Source: Dipteris shenzhenensis (Eukaryota). From it: a stretch of DNA of 64,000 nucleotides. Below are positions 1-13,459 of this stretch, piece by piece; positions within the stretch are counted from its first letter, which is position 1; every line of letters begins with the position of its first letter. The stretch is from the NCBI GenBank assembly GCA_047967505.1, contig CM106538.1; one strand, written 5' to 3'. Position numbers and translations under genes: made by a program. Below the pieces are notes generated by a model. The model was not told where the DNA came from. It saw only the letters and a list, made by a program, of their open reading frames with translations, and ran no database searches.

Positions 1-112
1 TCAACACAGGCTTAGCACGTCTCTCTTATCCTAAAAAACAACCACGGTTCTGCCTCAACACACCACTCTACCATAGCAGCTCACCCATAAGCATTAAAGT
101 GCTCTAATACCA

Positions 113-314
113 TGTCAAAGAAGATAGCATAGTAGAAGCGGGAACACCCAATTATGAGGAAGAACACCAGGAGGGCAAGCAGCCTCCAACACACAATCTA
201 TTCCATACTAGAAGGAAAAAGACAGTACATCCACCAAGTGAACACACTAAAAAGAGCTAAAACCACAAGAAAAACATATCTATGGGATAGCATAGCCGAG
301 ATTGTCTTCCAACA
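113..314 (-). repeat. Ty1/copia LTR (~202 bp)
   Basis: On the minus strand it starts TGTTG directly after the purine tract AGGGGGAG (315-322), ends ...GACA, and is followed by TGGTATTAGAGC (101-112), a tRNA-iMet-type PBS. Confidence 0.75.
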
Positions 315-363
315 CTCCCCCTCAAGCTCAAGTAGGGAGTGAGACACTAAGAAGCTCTCGAAA

Positions 364-2633
364 TCATGTGAACTTATCTTTACCCAAGGACTTGGTAAAG
401 ATATCTGCAACCTGATCTTCAGTCCAAACATGAATGAGGTCAACTTGCCTCATCAACACCATCTCTTTGATGAAATGATAGTGTACCTCAATATGCTTTG
501 TTCTAGCATGATATACATGATTACTTGCCAACTGGACACTACTCATGTTATCACAGTAAAGTTTGACTGGCTTATCCACATGCAATCCCAAATCCTGTAA
601 CAACTTCTGAAGCCAAGCAATCTCACATACAGCCAATGCTACACCTCTATACTCAGCTTCTATACTAGACAATGCCGCTATGGTTACTTTTTGCTACTCC
701 AGCTAACCATAGCACTTCCAAGGCTGAATGCATAGCCACTATGGATCTCTTGTCATATGCACATCTTGCCCAATCTGCATCTGTGTATCCAGCCAGCTCT
801 ATTTCCTTGCCATATGCATAAAAGAGCCCATGTTCATATGTAGCCTTGACATACCGCATAATCCTCCTCACTGCATCCAAGTGAGGCTTTCGTGGCTTCT
901 GCATAAATTGACTAATGAGTCCCATAGCATATGCCAAATCAGGCCTAGTGATAGTCAAATATATCAAGCTACCAAGCATCTGGCTGTACATGGTAATGTC
1001 CTCAATCTCAACTCTAGAATCAGCCATAATCTTCAAGTTTTGCTCCAAAGGTGTATCCATAGGTTTGCAAATGCCAAACCTCTCCAACATATTCAAGGCA
1101 TACTGCCTTTGCATAAGCCAAATGCCATCAGGTGTTCTCAACACCTCTATGCCAAGAAAAAACTTCAAATCTCCCAAATCCTTCATGTCAAACTCCATTT
1201 TCAGCATGCTCTTAATTCCAGCAATCCCATCATCATCACTGCCAGTCAGAATCAAAACATCAACATATATAACAATCACAACATAACTGGCATCTGTCTT
1301 CTTCACAAACAATGAGTGATCAGCCCTGCCAACCATAAAACCAAGACTTTGCAAGTACTGACTGATCCTCTCATTCTAGGCTCGTGGAGCTTGCTTTAGC
1401 CCATACAAGGCTTTCTTCAATCTGCAAACATGTTGCAGAAAATCAGGATGGACATATCCTTCCAGCTGTGACATGTATACCTCTTCTTGCAAATCATCAT
1501 CGAGAAAGGCATTCTTAACATCCATTTGTTGTAATTTCCATCCTTTTGTAGTAGCTAAAGCAATTACCGTCCTCACAGTAGCCATCTTTGCAACTAGGCT
1601 AAAGGTTTCCTCATAATCCAAACCATACTTCTGTGCATAACCCTTTGCAACCAGCCTTGCCTTATACCTTTCTATTGATCCATCAGACTTGCATTTCACT
1701 TTGTGTACCCATTTACATCCAATGGGTGTCTTTCCTGCAGGAAGCTCAACCAAATCCCAAGTCTGATTCAAGGCAAGGGCATCCATTTCTTTGTCCATGG
1801 CTATTTGCCATTGCTCATCATGCACAACATCATTGAATCTAGATGGCTCTATATGTCCCACAACTTTTGCCATGTATGCACATTGTTTTGCCACAAACCC
1901 AGTGTATGTCAACATATCAACAGGGTATCTTACCCTTTGAGATCTTCTCACAGACTTTCCAGACATTGACTTTTCAGCTTCTCCTCTCTCATGAGGAGGC
2001 ACATACCTGCTGCTTTTCACACCTGGTGTGGAAATAGAAGGAATGCCCAATTCCCCTCAATCTCAGGCACTGAAACAATCTCATTGACCTTGTTCTTCCC
2101 TTTATCTCTCCCCCGCACTGAGAGAGAGGTGTCAGTGGTGGAAGAACGCAACCTGCCTTGACCAAGGACTCACAGTGAAATCACCACTGGCTGTAGGTCA
2201 TGACATAGAAGTAGTATGTGGCTAATTCTTATCATTCAACTGAGCATCGGAGGCTTAATGTGGAACTACTATATCAGGTTTGCCATACCAAGATCTCATC
2301 TCATCAAAGATAACATCACGGCTGATCAAAGTCTTCCTAGTAGAGGGATTACAACAGTTATAGCCTTTCCGGTCTTGAGCATAGCCTATAAACACACATT
2401 TCTCAGCCTTTGGATCTAATTTTCTCCTCTTCTCATCCAGTATATGCACATATGCCAAGCTGCCAAACACTTTTAAATGACTGACATCAAGCCTTTGTCG
2501 ATACAATTTGTCATATGGTGTGAGCATATGAATGCCGGCAGTAGGAGTGCGATTCAGCATATACACTGCAGTTGCAAGTGCTTCTGCCCAATAATAATCG
2601 CGTAAGTTCTTTTCATTCAACATGGCTCTACCA
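364..2633 (-). mobile_element. Ty1/copia pol fragment (integrase C-terminus, RT, RNase H), frameshifted and degenerate
   Basis: ORFs contain KLDPKAEKCVFIGY, RYKARLVAKGYAQ, QMDVKNAFL, YVDV (YVDD variant), TRPDLAYA, GYTDADWA, LYCDNMS and HARTKHIEVHYHF; broken by stops and frameshifts. Confidence 0.95.
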
Positions 2634-5567
2634 CACGAACCAATCACCCCAAAACAAAACAAATAAACTCTATGAAGCAAGGAAAAGCTACTCTATGGTG
2701 GGGTATCCTGGAATAAAACTCCGCTTTATAGTTGGATTTTCGATTCTTTTTCAAAATCATCTTCCTAAGCATTCAACAAACAATGCTCTATGATCCTCTT
2801 TTTCTTTGTTTATTGCTTGCATGTCATTTGGTTGCATTTTGATTCCTCTTCTCCAACGACCTTGGCAAGGTCATCGATGACATAGAAACATGCGCCTTGA
2901 GGAGAGCTTTGCATTGATATATGTTTTGTAAGAAACAAAGAAGCTTAAGATGGGTAACCTACCAACCAAGGGGTGGATTTAGACTATACATACATGCCTT
3001 ATGTCAAGAAAGAATAAGTTATCTCTACTACCACCACTTCAAGTAGTTTACACTCTTCATATCACCACCAACATGCCCAAATTTCTTTTGTCAGACCTTA
3101 AGCAAACAAATTTCTTCTGTGAGACCTTAAGGTAAATTTTTTAAAAGAGGTTTAAACATACTTTTCATGGATTAAGACAAGGCCAACAACATCCAGAAGA
3201 AGCACAATTGAAATCTTGTTGAGGAAAGGTATCTTAATCCTTGTTGCAGTGAAGCAGTGGATACAATAAACGTTAGTTTTGTTTCTAAATGTTTCCATAG
3301 ACACAAGTGATAATAAGAAAAAGCCTCAAAAAAGAACTTGCACCAAAACCTAAAGATTAGTGCTGAACTAAAAGGAATCCATGGTGTTCTTGACAATTAT
3401 CATGCTGTATGTTTAAATTAACAACAACAAAAAGATCTCTTGTCACACATGCACCCCATTAATGATGACATGTAGTAGGAGCATGCAAGTGCTTATTGGG
3501 TGTGTGCGCATACTTGATGCCACATTTCTAATAGTACTTCTCATTGGAGAGTGTGTGCATACTTGATGCCATATTTCTAATAGTAATTCGCATGAACCTT
3601 TTATCCATGAGAGCTTCTTATACACTCATTTCAACTTTCCACCTAGCTTTGATTTACTCATTCAACATATGCAAACTTGTAAACTCAATGGGTAACAAGT
3701 AAACATGGTGCAAATAAATCAACCCTTGATATATGACATCAAGTAATCTTGTCAATTTCAAGTTTTGCATTTATGCATAGAAAAATGTCTGGAGTATTTT
3801 CACATGTTGTTCTCAACATTGAATCATTGCAAGATTGTGTGTGTAGGAAAAGGTTCTTACCAATGTGCAAACATGGATAAAAGTAGCCATCTTTAATGTT
3901 CAAAATGTGGTTAAATTCAAAACCCTAAATAGTCATTTCATTGCAATATTAGGATTTGAAGTAGTAGCCATTCAAATTTTTTATGAATGACAAAGTTGTG
4001 CTTGTTTGGCCTTCATACTATTAGTACACTAATGAGCCTCTGATAGATACTGCATGTGATACCTATAGACGTTTAATCATGTACACAATAGATCATGTTC
4101 AGCTCAGGGTAATTGAGCATATAGGCTTGATAGACTACCACATCCTTGTCAAATTTTTGGGTCCTTTAGTAAAGCAAAGTAACATATGTGCACCTTCAGG
4201 CCCCTACTTTATACAACCCCTAGATCACATTGTCCACAATGACTATGTAGTCTCTACGACCCCACATCCTATGACAAAGATTACTCTAGCATACCTTAGC
4301 CAGTGCTGTCAATTCATTTGGGTTTGTGACACCCTTGTTTGTCATATTCTACCAGATTGCATCGTCACAACTGTAGTGATCAACTTTACATCTAGATGCA
4401 TATTCTATAGAGTAGCTTCACACTTCAAAGATACTTATTTCATGTTCAACCTTGTCTTAGCCAGCTATATAACATGCATCATACACACAACTATTCATGT
4501 AGTCTTTGATTGATTGCCTAGTGTATGATCAAGGTGGACTTCATTCTTTTTTGGCATACTTCCCTCTTCCCTTTGGCACATTTTCTAGGGTTTTTCCCTA
4601 AAGGCAAAGGATGATCTACAACTTAAGAGGGGGAAATGTATGTTTATGTGCAGTATCAAAGTTCTACTCATTGTACAAACTTCCACTATGTAGTCATTGT
4701 GCTCACACATGCATATATTACTCTCATATGTGTAATTTTCTTTTTCAATTTTGGTTGCTATTATGTGCATCAAAAAATCCAAAAAGATCCTGTACATTCA
4801 CCTTGTACTTATCTAGTAAAATTTAAGAGGGGTTGTTAAGGATGGTGTAAGTGTACCATAGATATGAGGCATGGGTTCAAACTTTAACACTAATCCTAAG
4901 GGATAATTATGTATATTCCATGTTCAATACAACATAGGGTACAACTAGCTCTCTTGTGCAGTCTAGTCTTTGCCCTCGATCCACCAACAAAATTTGTATT
5001 GATTGCTTTTTGAGTTAGTTAAGCTAAGCTTTAATTTTATGGAGGTCATAAATTGGTCCATTTTCTAAGGGTTCAAAGTGAAACGTTTCAATTTTTGATG
5101 CACTTTAGGAAGTAGACATTGATTGGTTATTTCCTCTCCATCGAGCTATGTATATCAAGCCATGCCTACATAGATTTTTAAATGCCAGCTCTTTCACTCT
5201 CAAGCCTTGAGCTCTAGTGTAATATACATGTAGCACAAGTCAATTAGCATATATTTATGGACAAAAGTTAGGACACCACTTTTTTCACAGTGAATATATA
5301 TTTTTATTTAAGATGTAGGTGTCCATTCTCTTTGGATTGGGGCCTATGATTACTTTCACTTGTGGATTGCAAATTTTTATTGGAATAATATGAATGGCAT
5401 GGGATGTAGTGTGTATCCTACTACAACCAATAATGTAATTTTTACTGTGCTTTGTTGTATCTTTGTTCACATAATGCAAATTTGAAAAAAGTATGACCTT
5501 TTGGATTTCTTTGAAACTTACAGTGTTTAGGCAAGTTTAGGCAAAGTACACATTGTTAAAGTTATGT

Positions 5568-6098
5568 TATCCCTATGAACATTGAATTCCTTTATTGGAT
5601 TGTTTGTTTAGGCAAAGTACATATTGTTAAAGTTCTGTTATCCCTATGAACATTGAATTCCTTTATTGGATTGTTTGGGTAGATTCAGGTTTTGCATGAC
5701 AATAGGTGTTTGTGAAAGGTTCAAGTGTATTTTTATCAACTTTGAATATGCAAGGTTCATTGCCATTAGGAAAAGAGGGAGCTCATTTTGGGGCCTTTTG
5801 GCCAAAATGAAAAATAGCTCTCAACCAATAGAAAGAGGGCAGAAATTACGTTGTTGAAATTAGAAAAAAGAGAAAAAATTCAGAAATGTCAGAACAAGAA
5901 ATAATATTTTATGCATAAACAACTATCAATTACCAACTATCATATTTTTAAAGTTTTGTTATCCCTATAAACATTGAATTCCTTTATTAGATTGTTTGGG
6001 TAGATTCAAAGCATTTTGGTTTTACATGACAATGGGTGTTTGTGAAAGGTTCAAGTAGTGCCTTATCGACTTTGAATATTCAAGGTTCGTTGCCGTTA
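5568..6098. repeat. Local direct duplications around the orphan TIR fragment
   Basis: TTATCCCTATGAACATTGAATTCCTTTATT occurs three times, and ~5630-5763 is repeated at ~5950-6095. Confidence 0.75.
5764..5880 (+). mobile_element. Orphan terminal fragment of the element-B family (reverse complement of its right end)
   Basis: CATTAGGAAAAGAGGGAGCTCATTTTGGGGCCTTTT...GAAAAATAGCTCTCAACCAAT matches the reverse complement of 54640-54759. Confidence 0.8.
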
Positions 6099-6299
6099 GA
6101 CATGGAATCACCCACAATACTAACCATCTAGCCTAGCAAAACACAGGTACTTAGGCATCCCCCACAATACTAACCATCTAGGCTGGCAAAATAGAGGTAC
6201 TTAGGCATCCCCAACTAAACCCTAAAAAGCTTCCACTAGGACCCCCGTCGCGTTCGGTGTGCTCCTATGGAATACTTTGCCATAGTCACACTTGACTAA

Positions 6300-9123
6300 A
6301 ATAAAATAATTTCCATAGCAAGAAATATTGGAAATACAATTCCGTAACATGGCAATCCCCAAAGTTGACCTCTCTGACCATCCTAGCCATGGTCACATTC
6401 AAGAATTCATTGATGGATTTATTCGAAGCTCTCATATCTCAACAATCCTTTGCTAATTAGCTAACAAAGGCTCTATGAATGAACGCTACCACAAAAAATC
6501 TAAAGAGGAGAGATGCACCCAGGATGTGCCTACCAACTTAACACGTTTATCTAAGTCACAATTCTTCCTACCACTCTTTGAATTTCTAGCGCAATTGAAG
6601 AGGGCATAGAAAATAGGTTGCATAGTTCAAACACAAGCACCCACAGTTAGATTCATGGTGAGGTGCCTAAAGGGTGTATCCACTTTCATTGAATATGCTA
6701 ACCTTGTCCTATAGGTACCAAATACCAAATTAAGGAGAGATGGTCCTATCCCTAATGACCGTCATTCCTAGGTTCGAAGATGGAGGGATGCGCTCACCCA
6801 GTCAAGAGCCACGAGATGTTCATGCAAAAGTGCCACCTAGTAGTAAGTCATTCAAGGACCAAATAAGTGCAAATTGATGACATAAGCTTGCATGCAGTCG
6901 AGGGCAAGAATCAATTCAAAAAGATCAATTGGAAGAGAAATGATAGGCCATCCACGGCCAAATTCAGTGATGCATTCGAACAACTACGTTCAATGGCCAA
7001 ACAAATTATAGCCTATATCTCCCACTCATCATCTTTAAAGGAAACGAGAATTGGTATTTGTAAATACATAACTCATTAGCCATTCCTAAAGGGCAGTTAA
7101 TTACTTGCAAATTCACTACACAAACTTGAAGGCCACATCTGTTAACTCACAAAGATTTAGTCTCCAATTCAAAATTTGGGTACTAGAACATCATGATCAC
7201 TCATCGACATAGTCCAATCGTTTAGACCAAAGAGTAGTAATTCACCATCAGCAAAATGACCCAAGTACTTAACTTCAACATTGAAAGTCTACAACAACCT
7301 TTTAATGGAAGCCCACAATGCTAGGCCAAATTCAAAGCCTACCCAAATCATTCAAGTGAAAGAAATTATTACTTTGTCATGGATTCATGCTAGGCACGTA
7401 TGCAAAAATCCCTTCAAATGGCTACAAAAGTAATATATTTTTCAAGCTAGTCAGTCTATTAGTGATTGGTTGCATGCTAGGTGTGTACACAAAGCTCCCT
7501 TCAAAGTGGCTAGAAAAGGAATCTATTTTCAAGCTTTGTTGATCTATTTGGTCGAGTGATTTTGAACTAGCACTCGAGGACAATCTAGACTTTGATCTTC
7601 ATCTTCGTCTTGACCTTCAACTATAATAGCTTTTGGGGGACCATTCAAGATTTTAAAAAGAAGTTTCATCGATAACTCTTTGAATTTATCATGAATCATC
7701 AACCTCACCTTTGTCCTAACATGATAATTCTCATAGAGGTTCCATCAAGGAAGGGAGCCATAGTAGCTTTGCCATCATACTTCACTATTGTGCGTAAGCT
7801 CCTCGCAAGGTCTGCATTCATTTCATTCATGACATGTGCAAACATACTAACAAACTATCAATGGCTATTGAAATTGGCCCTCTAAGGATCCATCAGTGCT
7901 CTCAATGTTGATTAAGTTCCAAGTCAACTCCTCTCGATCGAAAGAGCTACAAAAGAAAGTGTCACACACACAATGATTTTACCTTACCATAGGCTATTCA
8001 CTATCGTTCAACATCACGTTGACCCAAATCTAGTAGGATTTGACATCCATTCGATGTGGCTAATCAAATATTTGAGAGACTGTAACAATGCCGGATCTAT
8101 TAGCACTCCTTTATGGTAGTGTTCCATAACTTTGCTAAAATTACAATATTTCATATCCAACAATGGCGTTTCTACCTCTAGTATGATAGCACATTATCTA
8201 TCATCTTCTTACTTTCATGCATCCATCCTTTGAAGGAAGTCACATAGTAAGTACCCATCTATAACTCCTCCCAAAAGTTTAGTTCCTTGAATCGCTCCCA
8301 AAGTTGTTCTTGACATTAAGTTGCCTCTTCCTTGCACTCTTCTTCCAACAAGCCTTCTGGGGAAACATTATATATGAGAACTTTAAAATACCTTGCCTCT
8401 TTCCTTGGCTTGCTTTTTGCATGTATACACTTTCATATCATGCTAGATCTTTATCGCAACTGCCACTACATACATCACCTATATTGGGCGGTTTTCCTCA
8501 TTTATTTCTTGACCCATCTCAAATTGGTTTGTATTATCCTTCGCATCCTTGGATTGTCTGGTCAAATTTTTTATCTTTGATTACAAACCCTGGCTCTAAA
8601 TTAAGCCCCATTGAATCTTCTTATGTCTTTATACCCACACTATCACTTATTGTGTCTGGCAATTCCATTGCTTTTTGTAAACAACACAAATGTTGCCACT
8701 TTTTGGTCCGTCTAGCTAACTCATTTTGCATGTTACGCTTCCCTTGGCTTCAAGAAGAGTACATTGAGATCTTATTTGCTTGCACATTGGACAATTGTTG
8801 GTTTATGCATCTTGACCAATCCATCCTACATCAAGGTTGAATTCATATTGTTCACCGTTTCTACATTCACAACTATTGTGTAGCAACTTTGCATGCTCCT
8901 TCCATAGCATTCACTTTAATTTATGCCTCACATAAGAAACACTTTTGAAAATTCTTGGTCAAGACGCTAGATCTCATGAGAGATCACCTTTGTCTCATCT
9001 CCTCAGCCTCGATATTATTTGTGTGCTTTGGGTGGCTTGGATTGCTTCTTGTACCTCAATCTTCATAGGATAGTTTAGCAGTGGTGGAGCAACTGTGGCT
9101 TGAGAGATTCAAAAAGTGGTCAT

Positions 9124-9197
<74 letters not shown>

Positions 9198-11700
9198 ATG
9201 ATGTTGATCATGTTAAAATCCACAAGAGACCAAATAAGACCTATGGGAGTATACAAGCACGTACATCAATTAAGTATTGAGTATCCATCACATCCAAAAC
9301 AAAGCAAATGAAACCCACTTGGACACATTAGTTATAGATTGAGGGTTTAAGGGTTTGTATTTGAGTATCCCTCGAATAGGTAACAAAGAGAATGAAAACC
9401 CACTTAGACACGTCAGTTCTATTTTCTTTAGTTGTGAACATGAGAATATTGTGATTTTGTGGGGTCCATTAGTTTGCATCCATTACCTCCATGCTCCATG
9501 CTAACTTTGAAAATTTCCATTGTTGCAAGCAGATTGCAATGGCCAGCACCATGTAAAAGGAGCTTCTTCTCATTGCTTTTCCTCACCTACTCAAGGAGGT
9601 CAAAGGATTGTTGCACATATCAAACATTGATGTTTTATTGAAGTTCAATTATCCCCACATCCACATGGAATGTGTCATCAAACTTGCCTAGCTCTCCCTT
9701 GACAATACCAGGGAAATTCATTGGATAGGGTCCTTTTATCTTGTGAGTGGTATCTTCATTACATGTGTGCTTGTAATTACAAAAGAAGGGATCACCATGA
9801 GCACTTTTGATAAAGCATCTCATACAATTTCGGATCGTGTTAATGGAGTACTAAAAATTGAAGATTTAGGAGCATAGTGCAACAAGTTGGTGGCTAGAAG
9901 CTGAATAAGCTCACCATCACGAAAACCTTTTGGAGGGATTTGATCACCTTCATCAGAAGTCGAATTTTGGGATGACAGAGTACACCCTACGTGCACTTGA
10001 AATCCAATTAGGCTACATTCAGCAACATCAAACAATCGAGGTACACATATCAATTATAGCAAACCATTGCATGGAGTTGAATCCAATCCCACCCAAAAAG
10101 GATAAGAAAGTCATAATGAGTTCGATATTTGCAACCATTCACAAGTACATGTCGACCATCGATCTTGATAGAAATCATCAGATCTCATAGAGAATTTTCT
10201 TTTACCTTGATAGTCCAAAAGGTTCCTCTTAGTTAACTAGTATCGACTACCAACAGACTCCCGAGAATGTCATCAGGATGATGTTACTAGGCCAGGGAGT
10301 TGCACTATCAAATTTGATACTAATAACCTTCATGGCATACAAAATCTTGTTGCAGATTCACAACAAATAGGTAATCATCATGACTATCTCCAAATCTAAG
10401 ATAATGAATGATAAAGAGGTTTCATTTGATGGAAAGCTGGTTGAGATACTAAATAGACCCAAGGTTGCCATCGAAAAACTTATTGAAAAAGAGGAGTTCA
10501 CAACCAAATGAGAAAAGTTTTTGGATTGATAACTAGGAAAGAAAATCTAGAAGATCTAGTGATACACTAAAAATGAGAAAAAAGGTTATCCATTTGTCTA
10601 TGTGAGGAAACCCTTATTTGATTTTTGACCATATGATGTCACTTGTTTCAATGTCAATGCTTCAAGACAAGTTGCTATCCATAGACATTTGTTAGATAGT
10701 AAGGACACTATTCAGAGGAATGAAGCATATCATTGATACATCTTTGCCATTGAATGTAACACGAATTCATTTAATTATTGTAGAGAAGAATTTCCCCTAG
10801 ATTTGTATAGAAATCAAGGGTCAAACCATACCTGATGCAGTGATAGATGTTGGTTCAGCAATGAATGGCATGAATTTTGAGACTTAAAAGAAGCCAGGCC
10901 CTAAAATCTTAGGTCCAAAACCTTTCACCTTTGAATTGTGAACAATTTGAGCATCATTTTAGAAGGAATTTTGTACCAACTTCTCATGGAAGCATTTGGA
11001 GTAGTCAAGATGTGTGACTTTCATGTGCTTCAAATAATAGAAGGTCTTGTAATCCCCTTATAGTTCAGTGCTCCTGGAGAGGCCATGAATATCTAATTGT
11101 CAAAACAACATCCCTATTGGTAGCCTAATTCTAGAATGAGGTAAGAATCAAAATAAAAATTGATGCCTATCCCAAAGCTCCATTCATAGAATGGGAAAAT
11201 TTGTTTGAGATGGATTACATTTCAACTATATATGATGACTTCGAATCTACTACAATTGAATCTAGGTTGGGTGATGTATATCAAATCTTCTACAATGAGA
11301 TGGAGGAGGAAATTATCATTAATGCTCGTGATGACAAGGAACCCATAATAGGAGAGGTTGATGAAAGGACTATCAACTAGGAGGGGGTAAAAACATCCAA
11401 ATAGGATTGCATGTCAATTTCACCCTATAAGATTAGCTCGTAGAGCTATGTAAGGAATTCATAGATGTGTTTGCATGGGCCTATTGAGACTTCAAAGGAG
11501 TCCACCCATCGGAAGTGGTACATAGTGGTGCATAGTATTACCTTGAGACCTAAAACACTAGCTTGACAACCTTGTAAAAGACTAGCAGTTAAGCTTCAAC
11601 CAGTGTGTTATGTAGAAATAATGAAGCTACTAGAAGCTGGTCTAATATTTTTAGCACCAAGTGTTTGAATTATGTTCACCTGTTGTAGTTGCTCTAAGAC
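6300..11700. mobile_element. Heavily decayed Ty3/gypsy-like fragments on both strands
   Basis: Remnant motifs, e.g. minus-strand PYPMN (RT N-terminus) and plus-strand AVIDVGS (protease-like) and DVFAWAY..FKGV (RT N-terminus); many stops. Boundaries approximate. Confidence 0.5.
9126..9191 (+). repeat. (AG)n microsatellite
   Basis: Perfect GA dinucleotide run. Confidence 0.95.
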
Positions 11701-11740
11701 GAGATAAACAACGGTAAGATTTTGCATTCATTATGAGGCA

Positions 11741-11745
<5 letters not shown>

Positions 11746-11828
<83 letters not shown>

Positions 11829-11874
11829 GAGAGAGATATGGAGAGAAGTGAGAGGGAGGACTGAGAGGGAGAGA

Positions 11875-11951
<77 letters not shown>

Positions 11952-11972
11952 CAGGTAGACAGACAGACATGC

Positions 11973-12016
<44 letters not shown>

Positions 12017-12030
12017 GAACTAACAGAGAG

Positions 12031-12062
<32 letters not shown>
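11746..12062 (+). repeat. Compound (AG)n microsatellite
   Basis: Several long GA runs with short interruptions; these explain the SL- and RE-repeat ORFs. Confidence 0.95.
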
Positions 12063-12063
<1 letters not shown>

Positions 12064-12209
12064 GGATATGGAGAGAACTGAGAGGCTTTTCTTTTAAGTA
12101 TGGAGACTTTTGGCATTTTATTTGCTCAACTTTGACATCTTCAAACTATGTTACAAATTCGAATAAAGTAGTTTTGTAAATTCTGGAAGATTCCATTTCC
12201 ATCGACATT

Positions 12210-13457
12210 AATGGAGCTCAGGCTTTGGAACATTGTGTGTAGTTGGACTACCCATTGCATTTGTATGGTGGCTTGTTGGGATTGCTTTGAATCTGGCCTC
12301 GTGCTGTGCATGGGGTTTGTTGCTTGTAGAGCCCATAGTTGGAGGAGGTTCTATAGACTCTCCCGTTGTCTGGAGTCGACTAAGTCATCGATTGGTTGTG
12401 ACATTTGGCTAGTGAAGCTATGGCTAGCTTGTAGTAGTCTTGAGCTTTGCATGATGATAGCTACGGCTTATGTGCTATTGTTCGGTTGGCTAGAGTTTGG
12501 CGGGCCATCCATCATGGAGTTGGAGAGATTGGCACTGGGTCATTGATGCATTTGTGTTGCATGAGGGCTAGGGTTGGCACTTGTTGGAGGAGCTTAGGTA
12601 GCTGAGTCGAGGCCAAGGCTTGTAGAGGTCATAGCAGTGCACTAGGGAGTGATTTTGGAGGGTCGTTTGTGTTGTTTCGTGGATGGTTGCTTGTCTAGTC
12701 GGCCATTGTGTGAGGCACTTGGGTTGTGCTTGCTCGGCTGCCTGTCTTGGGATTTGTCAGAGTTGAGCTTTGGCATTGATGAAGGAGCTTATGCCCATCA
12801 GTTGATGTAGAGGCAACTTCAATCATCAATGGATTTGCCTTGGAGGAAGCTTGGTGTGCCTTGCTACTATTGCCACTGCTGTTGAGCTGTAAGGTTGTGG
12901 CTGCAATCATGGACGTGTTGAAGGCGACTGGACTTGAGGCTTGTTGAACATTGCTGTGGTTAGTGCTTTGTAGAGTCCCCATCTATTAGAGTTGAGTTGA
13001 TGGAGGCTGAGTTGCATAGGGTGCTCATGGGCTACAAAGTCTTTGTTGTAAAGTCGAGGTAGCTGAGCTCAAAGATAGAGTCGCACAAGTCTATGTTTCT
13101 TCCTATCTCTCCTTGAAAGTAGGATAGGAGAGTAGGCATCTCTCCTTAGGATAGGAGAGTAGGAATCTCTCCTTAGTCTCTTCAAATCTCTATCCCAGAG
13201 ATAAGAAACAACTCTCTCTCATGGCAGAGGATGCCTCACATAAGGAGGGCTTGATACTCCTGAAGGGAGTGGAAGCACAATTGGCTTTGATACCATGATG
13301 AAGTGGAGAGAGAGAGAGAGAGGAGTGCAAATGATATAGCTACCTATACACTGTGTTGTATGGAACATAAATAAGAATATATACATGAGAACCCCTTAGG
13401 GTTAGGGTTTTCTCCTAATGCCCTATCGAGATGGTGCAATTTACACCATCCTCAACA
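12210..13457 (-). mobile_element. LTR (13296-13457), PBS and 5' internal region of an LTR element
   Basis: Minus strand TGTTGAGGATGGTGTAAA...CA, followed by the PBS TGGTATCAAAGC (13284-13295). The LTR start resembles those at ~4833 and 25127. Confidence 0.6.
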
Positions 13458-13459
13458 AA

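Noticed and set aside
3400-4850. Possible decayed copia-like fragment and LTR start near 4833
   Set aside because: Too degenerate to assign domains or boundaries with confidence.
11694-12116. SL- and RE-repeat ORFs
   Set aside because: Translation artefacts of (AG)n microsatellites.
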